Notes under the pieces: generated by a model
Databases searched by the model: none
What the model saw: the letters and a program-made list of their open reading frames with translations, nothing else
What the model was told of the DNA's origin: nothing
Part shown: positions 26,990-37,441 of the stretch, piece by piece
Layout of the letters: the number at the start of each line of letters is the position of its first letter
Position numbering within the stretch: the first letter of the stretch is position 1
Origin: Eledone cirrhosa
Lineage: Eukaryota
Reading direction: 5' to 3'
Assembly: GCA_964016885.1 (NCBI GenBank)
Contig: OZ024744.1
Span: 59,768,001 to 59,832,000, forward strand
DNA: 64,000 bases
Position numbers and translations under genes: made by a program

Positions 26990-27830
26990 TTTCTTTTTTG
27001 GCCACAAGGGCTGAGATCAAGAAAAACATTACAGACGGCACAGGACGGTACAGGACGGTACGATGTGGGTTTTGTGGCCCTTGCTTTGTACTCGATGTCA
27101 CTTCCGCTGCACTTTAAAGCAGCCTCGACCTCTGCTTGGCTGACAAGTTCCACTTTGCGTGTCTGCACTGAAATGCATCGAAAGTACACCATCCTCCTTT
27201 GCATTGTTACTATTTCCTCGTCCGGGACGGTTAGGTTGGCCCAGGACTTCTCTCGTTTAATTAACCTCCACGCCTGGGCCAACTGTTGTTCCTTTCGCTA
27301 ATATCTACATTGAAGAAGCGCTTTGTCTTCGCTGCAGCCGCTGCTAAGGTGGCACCTCCGTTGTTCTTTCTGTTGGTGTTGGTGTGGTTGTTGTTGTTTT
27401 GTTTGTTGTTGCCGTTGCTACCGTTATTAGTGTTTATATTGAGGTTGTTGCTGTTATTGTCGTTGTTGTTGTGGTGGTGGTGGCGGTGGTATTGGTGGTA
27501 TTGGTGGTGATGTCATATTGAGATGGTACTGCCTGTAGCAGTAGTAGTAATCTTGGTGGGAGCTATACTGGCTGTTTTGACCTGTACGTTGTTTACCGTT
27601 TCAAGGTCGAAAATTTCCATTTCTTTTTTTGGTGGGGAAGCAATTTTTTCGAAGTTTTTAAAATAAATCTGAATATTCGGGCTTAATGCCCGAATATTGA
27701 GAGGTCTCCCATCCTTGGAACCAAGGTGGGTACCTTATGCTTCGTTATCGACTAGAAAATACAAAAAATAATACTTTAAAACAGCTTAAAATTACGAACC
27801 TTTTCTCCCGTAGACTTGTACGTCTTCACA
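26988..27830 (-). mobile_element. Internally deleted Tx1-like element (5'UTR plus ORF1 start joined to 3'UTR)
   Basis: VYFRCISVQTRKVELVSQAEVEAAL resembles the ORF1 segment VTYRTVSTKSRRVERTTEAQIQKAL. The 3' end is CCTTGTGGCCAAAAAAGAAATC(ATT)n. The 5' boundary is approximate. Confidence 0.7.
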
Positions 27831-27913
27831 TAACAAATATGAAGACCAAAATCTGGAGAGGGCTTGCTAAGGATTTCATACACATGCATATATAAACTAA
27901 TAGAGAAAATATT

Positions 27914-28033
27914 TATTATTAGTACAGATTAAAGTTTAAGCAAAGAATCGCTGCTTTCACCCTTTTACGGGATCTTCTGAGATCGCGTGAAAGCAATGAT
28001 TCTTTGCTTAAACTTTAATCTGTACTAATAATA
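27914..28033. repeat. 47-bp-arm inverted repeat next to (TA)n
   Basis: Arms at 27914-27960 and 27987-28033 with 2 mismatches. Confidence 0.9.
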
Positions 28034-28290
28034 TATATATATATATATATATATATTTAGAAACACACAGATACATGCGGACACACACACATATACATGA
28101 ATGCATCCGCACCCAACTGTGAGTTAAGGGTGCCAACTTCACCGATGTTGCTCAATGAATGACTGGGACAGACCAATTCAGTTTGAACCAGACTGAACCA
28201 GTATCAGAGTTAAAAATACATTATGAAGAGAGAAGAAACATTTAGATATAATTAGTAATAAAATGTATCATACCTAAACCGTTCCTAAAT

Positions 28291-28378
28291 TCCTCGACTA
28301 CGTAGTTTCGTGGCATAAACAAAAACAATATATCAAAGATATAGAGTCCTTGCGAGGTCTGCCGACTTATCAAGAGGA
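28291..28378 (-). ncRNA. Type I hammerhead ribozyme, U3-A8 core variant with long branched stem II
   Basis: UCCUC-UUGAUAA-GU(C)GGCA...UGCCAC-GAAA-CUACGUAG-UC-GAGGA. Confidence 0.7.
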
Positions 28379-28881
28379 TACCTCATTTTACTAGTCTCAA
28401 GAACGCGTCTACACGACGTGAGAAAGAATCCCAAAAGGCGGAGGGGGAGATAGTCACGCGATATAACGGTCGAGAAACAGAGCTAAGCCTCCTATAACCA
28501 CGAAGAAAATACCACGGAGGCGGAGGGGGTATTCATTTCGAGGCCGTAGAAGAGGTAGTGAAGAAGGCGAGAAGCATGAGTAATGGAAGCCTTCCAGTTG
28601 TCCTCACACTTCAAAGATTGCTCGACCAGAGGGAGCCATTAATATATTTAGAAACACACAGATACATGCGGACACACACACATATACATGAATGCATCCG
28701 CACCCAACTGTGAGTTAAGGGTGCCAACTTCACCGATGTTGCTCAATGAATGACTGGGACAGACCAATTCAGTTTGAACCAGACTGAACCAGTATCAGAG
28801 TTAAAAATACATTATGAAGAGAGAAGAAACATTTAGATATAATTAGTAATAAAATGTATCATACCTAAACCGTTCCTAAAT

Positions 28882-28969
28882 TCCTCGACTACGTAGTTTC
28901 GTGACATAAACAAAAACAATATATCAAAGATATAGAGTCCTTGCGAGGTCTGCCGACTTATCAAGAGGA
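28882..28969 (-). ncRNA. Second copy of the U3-A8 hammerhead, with one stem II substitution
   Basis: Same motif 591 bp downstream; the + strand reads GTGACA instead of GTGGCA. Confidence 0.6.
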
Positions 28970-29279
28970 TACCTCATTTTACTAGTCTCAAGAACGCGTC
29001 TACACGACGTGAGAAAGAATCCCAAAAGGCGGAGGGGGAGATAGTCACGCGATATAACGGTCGAGAAACAGAGCTAAGCCTCCTATAACCACGAAGAAAA
29101 TACCACGGAGGCGGAGGGGGTATTCATTTCGAGGCCGTAGAAGAGGTAGTGAAGAAGGCGAGAAGCATGAGTAATGGAAGCCTTCCAGTTGTCCTCACAC
29201 TTCAAAGATTGCTCGACCAGAGGGAGCCATTAATATATTTAGAAACACACAGATACATGCGGACACACACACATATACA

Positions 29280-30250
29280 ATCTTTGAAGTGTGAGGACAA
29301 TGTTAGAGATGTTGGAAGTGGTGGAATAAGAACATTTGATTGTATTTTTGTTAAAGATTTTACTATAGATATGTGAGGGAGGGAAGCATTTATCTAAGGC
29401 CCTAAAGAATAGTTTAGGAATATTATTAGTGATAGATAGAGAAAAAGGAGCATTATACCAAATCATATTTTTGTATCTAGGTCTTTTATTTAAGTTATTG
29501 GAGTGTTCATAATTAACTATTTTACTATAAATCCTTCGATGATTGGTTACTGTATTTAATTTTATCAAGATAGCCGGCTTTGGAAAGCGCATTATTATAG
29601 TAATTGGCATTAGCGTCGAAGATAAGTTTATTAGAGGATAGATTTGAGATTCTTTTCAATATTACTGACTACAGCATTTTTAACGTTAGTGGGGTGGTTA
29701 GATTTAAAATTAACATAATTTAGATTCTCATTGTTTTTATGGTAAGGGTAATATAGGCCAGTGTCAAGATTAAGGGATATATCCAAGAAGTTAGCTAGTT
29801 TGACGTTGTTATCAAATTCAATTTTAAGGTTATGGTGCGTAAATAGATCAAGTATATTGTTCTTAATAATATTAAGGTTAACTAAGTTACAGTTTAAGAC
29901 AGTAAAAATGGCATCGTCACGATAAATTCCACCGCGAAGTTGAGGAATTTTCTGATTTAAAGAATTCAGAATAAAGATACCAATCAAATCCATCAATTGC
30001 GATGAATCGGACGCACCCATTGTGATATCAAAATTGTTGGAAGTATCAGCTCTAGTCCAATATTCATTGTTGAATTCCAAGATAGTTTTCTTGCGGTGAG
30101 AATGATGTAAAGTTCATCTGTGGTAATGTTAGAATATTTAAATGCGAAAAATAGAGCGTAGTTGAGGAGTGAAGGCGAAAGAAATGGAAGAATAGTAACT
30201 GGCAATGTCAAACTGAATAAATTTTTGTTTGTGCTATAATAAAACTCACC
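29280..30250 (-). pseudogene. Penelope-like element reverse transcriptase fragment
   Basis: Motifs FDITMGA, GGIYRDD, NFLDISLNL, KSNHP, WYNAPFS and KIFNKNTIKCSYS. Frameshifted, with (TA)n at the 5' side. Confidence 0.8.
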
Positions 30251-30254
30251 TCCT

Positions 30255-30289
<35 letters not shown>

Positions 30290-30741
30290 GTACCACATTG
30301 GCATACGGTTGGATAATACATGTGTCCCTATATGTATTTTGCATGTAGGGATACATACTTTATTATTATTAATCTCCCCTGGTCGAGATAACATTTTGGT
30401 CGTTTTAACTGCTGTTAATTCTAGTGGCAGTAGAATGACCTTTCCGCCTCTGCCTTCTATCTTTGCACACGGCACTGGACAGAATTGCTTCACTCTCATC
30501 TCGGGAACAATTTTGAATAGCGCCAGTTCGTGATTTGAACTCGGGAATTTTATATTCTGCGAGTGAAAAGAACCCTCTGACGAGAGTCTTCCTTTTTAAT
30601 GGATATCCGCATGGATTATCCATTTATTTTGAGACTTGAAACCGTACGGTAAGGGTAATTACAGCAGGTACAGCAGGTACAGCAGGTACAGTGAACTTTT
30701 TAAAATTTATTTCAAAACTTTTTCTTATTCACTAAACCTTC

Positions 30742-30782
<41 letters not shown>

Positions 30783-30783
30783 T

Positions 30784-30915
30784 GTTTAATATAGAAATGG
30801 CTTTTACAAGACTAGAACTGTTTCATTCAAAAGAAAACATCAAGAAAACCCTTTCCTGGTGATGTCTTTTGAATGAAACAGTTCTAATCCCGTAGAAGCC
30901 ATTTCTATATTAAAC
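30784..30915. repeat. Imperfect ~55-bp-arm inverted repeat next to (TA)n
   Basis: GTTTAATATAGAAATGGCTT...TTTCATTCAAAAGA pairs with TCTTTTGAATGAAA...AAGCCATTTCTATATTAAAC. Confidence 0.8.
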
Positions 30916-31400
30916 TTGATGTTTGCACTCTACTAATGTATTGAGTACCTTACTTACTGTGGTTATCCCCGATTGAACCCGGGATTCGCATATCACATAC
31001 ACACACGTGCGCACGCGTGTGTGTTATAAAGTCATATACGTATATATACAGAGTGTTTAACCGAATCTGCACCAACGTGCATAAATATAAACGCATATCT
31101 AATGTGTAGACATGTAAACACGCCAGAAAATACAAATTTCCCTGTAAATTGAGAATAATATAAAAACCTTTAATTGATTTTCAGATCTAATTGGATCTTC
31201 ATTTCAAGATGTATACCACGTTGCTGCAGTCTTGGTTACATACTCTGTATTTATACAGATATAACTTTATCATACACTTCGGCTGCAAGTGCACATCTTA
31301 ATACACACAGAAATACACACAGACACACATACACACCCACAGACACACACACACATACACACACACACACACACATACACACACACACACAGACACACAC

Positions 31401-31494
<94 letters not shown>

Positions 31495-31819
31495 GTATAT
31501 ATATATATTTACATATACCAATGTATCCACCTTGTTATTTCTTTATTTTTCACCCTTTGTTCCTCTTTCTCTGTACCTCTCTCTGTGTTGCTCAGTTAGC
31601 CTTTTCCCCCACTCCCTTTTGTCTCTATCATCCCTTATTCCTTATCCCTATCACCCCACATTTTCCCCACCAATTTGTCTTTCTGTCGATCTCACAACCT
31701 TTTGTTTTATCACACGTTTCTATCATACAACAACAAAGGTCAGTACGGTAATTTGGAAACGGCAAGCTAATGAATTAAACATATCTTCGAACGCGTTTCC
31801 CTCGACCCACAATAGAAAC

Positions 31820-32181
31820 ACCATCAACACTACCACCACCACCACCACCAACACCAACGCCACCACCATCACCGACAGCGACACCACCACCACCAACACC
31901 AACGCCACCACCACCAACGCCACCACCACCAACAGCAACACCTCCACCACGACCACCACGACCACCACCAACACCAACAGCAACACCTCCACCACCACGA
32001 CCACCACCAACACCAACACCAACGCCACCACCACCACCAACGCCACCACCACCAACAGCAACACCTCCACCACGACCACCACGACCACCACCACCAACAC
32101 CAACACCAACACCAACACCAACGCCACCACCACCAACAGCAACACCTCCACCACCACCACCACCACCACCACCACCACCAC

Positions 32182-32273
<92 letters not shown>

Positions 32274-32350
32274 GCAGCAGCAGCAGCAGCAATAATGACG
32301 ACATTACTACCACCAGCAACAAAAACAATGACAATAACCATAACAACCAC
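31820..32350. repeat. Compound (ACC)n/(AAC)n/(AGC)n trinucleotide tract
   Basis: Direct reading. Confidence 0.9.
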
Positions 32351-32619
32351 CACACCACTACTAAACCACAATTAAGATTCACATTTATGCTAATCCCACC
32401 AATTTTACAGCCGATACATCTAACACCCACCACCCAATTATCGATACCTCTCACCCCCGACCCCCGCCAAATTATAACTAGTCCCCATACCAACACATGG
32501 CACATCTCAATACAACGGCCCCTCCACCTACTTGAAATATCAGCAAAATGTTACCTCAAATCATAAACCCTACCGTCATAAAACCCCTAAAAGTAAAAGT
32601 GAGGGAGGTGGATCCCATT

Positions 32620-32800
32620 TAATAATTGTTTCTACTTTAGGCACAAGGCCAGAATTACCCAATGCATTACTGGTACTTTATTTTATCGACCCCGTAAGGA
32701 TGAAAGGCAAAGTCAACCTCGGCGGGATTTGAACTCAGTCCGTAAAGGGACGTAACTGTGCTGCAAAGCATGGCGTCCGACCCTCTACCGATACTGCCAA
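32620..32800 (-). mobile_element. tRNA-derived SINE
   Basis: Same family as 55562-55752. Confidence 0.85.
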
Positions 32801-32904
32801 TAATAATATTGCCTTCTAGACCTTCGTCCGCCCACCCCTTAAAAATACAGGATTATCCCGATTACTGCACCTTTCATCCTATGTTTGCACAACTAAGAAT
32901 TAAA

Positions 32905-33505
32905 ACTAGGGCTAAAGTGCTGTCGGTTTCTAACTTGTGATCTGGAGCCCACATGAGGACGGACCCTGCTGAAATCATTGTGAAGATAACTCCGCAATCT
33001 TCCTTTTGGTTGGGAAGGGAAAGTAGTGTTCACCTGCCTGATGGCCATAACGCAAAATGTTACGAGGTAGACGTGATTGAAAAGGTTGAGGACAGGCACT
33101 TTCCGCTTCAGTGAAGCTCTGATTAATTTCTTCACGTCTTAATGAAAATGAAAATCAGTGGAGAGAGAGGTGCTGCCGTCCAGCCGGTTTATTGAAAGGT
33201 TGATAAAAGTAGCGATCATTATTCGAGTGAACAAGTTTGATCTAAGTATGCGTTTATAGATTGGAGGAGGACTGGTGGGAGGGTCAAACACCCTGTCACT
33301 CAGGGTGACCGTGGATTTTTGTGGGCTTTCTCCTTGGGTGATACTCAGAAGATTTCCCTCAGTGAGGAATTTTCTTTTGCTTGAATTCTTACATGTTTGT
33401 TATTTTCTATTATGACACTTTTAACACAAAAAATCCACATTGTATCCTCCTGTGACGTCTTTAATGTGTTCTTGATGTCAGCCCTAAATGGCTAATAAAA
33501 TAATA
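32905..33505 (+). mobile_element. Degenerate Tx1 3' fragment
   Basis: Similar to 1380-1998 (GGAGAGAGAGGTGCTGCC, GGCTAATAAA end). Confidence 0.65.
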
Positions 33506-34285
33506 ATTCTGCTGCTGCTATTGTTGAGTCTCTCTGTAAGTTTGTTTGTTTTCTGTAGTTGCAGGAGGTGGTCGACCTCCGCGTGCCTAATGTGGGGTTC
33601 CCGTTGGGAGGTCCCTAGGTCTGTTTGGGTTACTGGGTCCACCCTTCTTTCCCCCCACATGGTTCTGCCGGGTGCCTATATTGCCAGCTTCCGTTTGTGT
33701 GTGGTTTTTAAGTCTACCCCTATTGGTGCTAGCTATGTGCTGGGCCACATTTCGCGTGGTAGAATGAGAGCTTTACAGTGTGTCTGTTGAAGATCTTGCG
33801 GTATCTATGGTCCTTCGGGAAGCATTTATCTATATTTTTTAATATTTTATTTCTTCATTTTACTTTATCTTATTTCATTATCTGTTTGGCACCCCCACCA
33901 CGTGAAAGGGTGGTAGGATTGATGCCAACCCACACACACTCATTCTTCTAAAGACAGCAGCAGTAGAAGTAAGGCTGACCTGCCAGCTTACCCCCTAACA
34001 CCAATAAACACAAGAGAGGAGGTCAGCTGTACTTAACAAAAACAACCACAACAGATTGTCTTGTTTCAGAAAAAAATTTATATAGACTTTTGACTGAGGA
34101 ATGTTCTCACAACTGACCAATGGGAGGAGAGAGTGTCCTATGATGCCGAAATTCGATTGTTCGAATTCATATGATTCCAGTTCTTCAGAGAAATAACAAC
34201 CCAACCAGGAGCTGGACATATCGGAGTATTGACGGAGTAAAACACTTTAACAACATGTGTACCTGTCTCTACCACACCAATTCGG

Positions 34286-34340
34286 ACTGCCTGATGAGGT
34301 CACAGCCAATGATGGCTGTCACCGAAATATATATAGCAGT
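34286..34340 (+). ncRNA. Minimal type I hammerhead ribozyme
   Basis: ACUGC-CUGAUGA-GGU(C)ACAGCC-AAUGAU-GGCUGU(C)ACC-GAAA-UAUAUA-UA-GCAGU. Intact core, palindromic stem III, and AATAAA just downstream. Confidence 0.85.
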
Positions 34341-34508
34341 ATATCTTTAATAAACGAAGCCAAATTTTAAATATTTGACTTAATTACTTTATTTTACATT
34401 ACTCCGGAGTAAACAAACCAACCTTCGTACTTCGTCGAGTGCTCCAATCTGCATACTGAGGTGTCGGTAAACAACCAACATATACTCAGAATATATATAT
34501 ATATATAT

Positions 34509-36343
34509 GAAGACAAACATAGAATATTCGAAAATATTCTGTATGTTTATAATAAACATTTCGAAGACCCAATCGCTATAGAATAGAATACGTCACGTAT
34601 TACAATTTGAGATTCTCGATAAAAGCAAGGGAAGTAACCTACGCGTTTCATTCTTATTAGAAATCATCAGGATTACATATCCAGTGCTTTTATCGAGAAT
34701 GACACAGCTAGAGACTTATAGAATACTTAGCTGTGTACAGGAACTGGTTTGAAAGAGCGGTTGCCGGTCCGGCAGAAATTAGAATTTGGATATAATGCTC
34801 TGAAATAGCGAAATATATGTGAAGACAAACATAGAATATTCGAAAATATTCTGTATGTTTATAATAAACATTTCGAAGACCCAATCGCTATAGAATAGAA
34901 TACGTCACGTATTACAATTTGAGATTCTCGATAAAAGCAAGGGAAGTAACCTACGCGTTTCATTCTTATTAGAAATCATCAGGATTACATATCCAGTGCT
35001 TTTATCGAGAATGACACAGCTAGAGACTTATAGAATACTTAGCTGTGTACAGGAACTGGTTTGAAAGAGCGGTTGCCGGTCCGGCAGAAATTAGAATTTG
35101 GATATAATGCTCTGAAATAGCGATATATATGTGAAGACAAACATAGAATATTCGAAAATATTCTGTATGTTTATAATAAACATTTCGAAGACCCAATCGC
35201 TATAGAATAGAATACGTCACGTATTACAATTTGAGATTCTCGATAAAAGCAAGGGAAGTAACCTACGCGTTTCATTCTTATTAGAAATCATCAGGATTAC
35301 ATATCCAGTGCTTTTATCGAGAATGACACAGCTAGAGACTTATAGAATACTTAGCTGTGTACAGGAACTGGTTTGAAAGAGCGGTTGCCGGTCCGGCAGA
35401 AATAAGAATTTGGATATAATGCTCTGAAATAGCGAAATATATGTGAAGACAAACATAGAATATTCGAAAATATTCTGTATGTTTATAATAAACATTTCGA
35501 AGACCCAATCGCTATAGAATAGAATACGTCACGTATTACAATTTGAGATTCTCGATAAAAGCAAGGGAAGTAACCTACGCGTTTCATTCTTATTAGAAAT
35601 CATCAGGATTACATATCCAGTGCTTTTATCGAGAATGACACAGCTAGAGACTTATAGAATACTTAGCTGTGTACAGGAACTGGTTTGAAAGAGCGGTTGC
35701 CGGTCCGGCAGAAATTAGAATTTGGATATAATGCTCTGAAATAGCGATATATATGTGAAGACAAACATAGAATATTCGAAAATATTCTGTATGTTTATAA
35801 TAAACATTTCGAAGACCCAATCGCTATAGAATAGAATACGTCACGTATTACAATTTGAGATTCTCGATAAAAGCAAGGGAAGTAACCTACGCGTTTCATT
35901 CTTATTAGAAATCATCAGGATTACATATCCAGTGCTTTTATCGAGAATGACACAGCTAGAGACTTATAGAATACTTAGCTGTGTACAGGAACTGGTTTGA
36001 AAGAGCGGTTGCCGGTCCGGCAGAAATTAGAATTTGGATATAATGCTCTGAAATAGCGATATATATGTGAAGACAAACATAGAATATTCGAAAATATTCT
36101 GTATGTTTATAATAAACATTTCGAAGACCCAATCGCTATAGAATAGAATACGTCACGTATTACAATTTGAGATTCTCGATAAAAGCAAGGGAAGTAACCT
36201 ACGCGTTTCATTCTTATTAGAAATCATCAGGATTACATATCCAGTGCTTTTATCGAGAATGACACAGCTAGAGACATACAGAATATTTTCGAATATTCTA
36301 TGTTTGTCTTCACATATATATCGCTATTTCAGAGCATTATATC

Positions 36344-36348
<5 letters not shown>
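34509..36348 (-). mobile_element. 312-bp tandem array (~5.7 units) with one hammerhead per unit and an inverted terminal segment; retrozyme-like
   Basis: Units start at 34509, 34821, 35133, 35445, 35757 and 36069. 36274-36348 is the reverse complement of 36032-36106. (TA)n lies on both flanks. Confidence 0.85.
34634..34676 (-). ncRNA. Type I hammerhead ribozyme, first of six copies (also at 34946, 35258, 35570, 35882, 36194)
   Basis: GUAAUC-CUGAUGA-U-UUCU-AAUA-AGAA-U-GAAA-CGCG-UA-GGUUAC. Stem I is extended by a 16-bp helix (34612-34627 with 34685-34700). Confidence 0.8.
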
Positions 36349-36405
<57 letters not shown>

Positions 36406-36408
<3 letters not shown>

Positions 36409-36574
36409 TATTTACCGGCGTCGAACACGCTAATTTTCCCCTAAAATAAGTCTCAAAAATCTAGCATGCGTCCCAGAGGCCAAAGGTTGTTTATTATTTT
36501 TTTAAAACTTTTTGTTGTCAATATTAGGGTGCGTCCTCGAGGACGAAGCGTTTTCGGCGCGCGGGAAATACGGT
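36406..36574. mobile_element. Small Tc1/mariner-type MITE within (TA)n, with an inverted partial end at ~36685-36724
   Basis: Ends in GGGAAATACGG-TA. The downstream TACTGTATTTCCC..GCGCCGAAAACGCTTC is complementary to that end. Confidence 0.55.
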
Positions 36575-36583
36575 ATATATATA

Positions 36584-36677
<94 letters not shown>

Positions 36678-37150
36678 GTATCTATACTGTATTTCCCAGC
36701 GCCGAAAACGCTTCCTCCTCGAGGATATATATAGGATATATATATATATATAATGTATATATATATATAAATTTATAACTCTATAATGTTAACTGTCTCT
36801 AATACGTAGACATCTCAATGAAAGGACATGATATATAAATAAATTAATTATCCACTCAGAGAACTATTAAAAAATATATATAACCAGGTATAAACATATG
36901 TACATTTATACATATACACACGGGTGCGTGTGTATATATCTGTGTCTGAGAGTGCACGCGCGCGTATTATATTACCTACTTTTTATTTCACATGGTAGTA
37001 GGTTCAGTCGGGTGCACAGTCAGCTGGCCATGAAGAAACATTTTCTCTTTATGAGTGTGTGTGCGCGTATTGTCAGTGTGTGTATGTGTGCATGTGTAGG
37101 CGTGTATGATATGTCTGTGGTGTGAGTGTGTGTGTATGTGTAAATGTGCG

Positions 37151-37186
<36 letters not shown>

Positions 37187-37386
37187 TGTATGTGTGTGTT
37201 TGAATATATGGACTGTAGTCATTAGATTTGATTTATACAGCTGACAACTCTGTAATGTTACCATGTTCATCATGTTTTCCGAAAGAAACCCTTATACACT
37301 TTATTTTATTTTGCTTCTTGAGATACAAACAGATGTTTATTGTTAGGAATGCGGTTCAAGTAAATCCAATGTCGCAGACTTCAGTG

Positions 37387-37440
<54 letters not shown>

Positions 37441-37441
<1 letters not shown>

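Larger units (their letters stand above)
28054..29277 (-). repeat. 591-bp tandem direct repeat (two copies plus a stub), Penelope pseudo-LTRs
   Basis: AAACACACAG recurs at 28061, 28652 and 29243. The repeat lies at the 3' side of the Penelope-like RT, and each unit carries a hammerhead motif. Confidence 0.85.

Noticed and set aside
31289-32566. 425-aa Thr/Asn-rich ORF (mucin-like)
   Set aside because: Built from stop-free di- and trinucleotide repeats with no domain signal.
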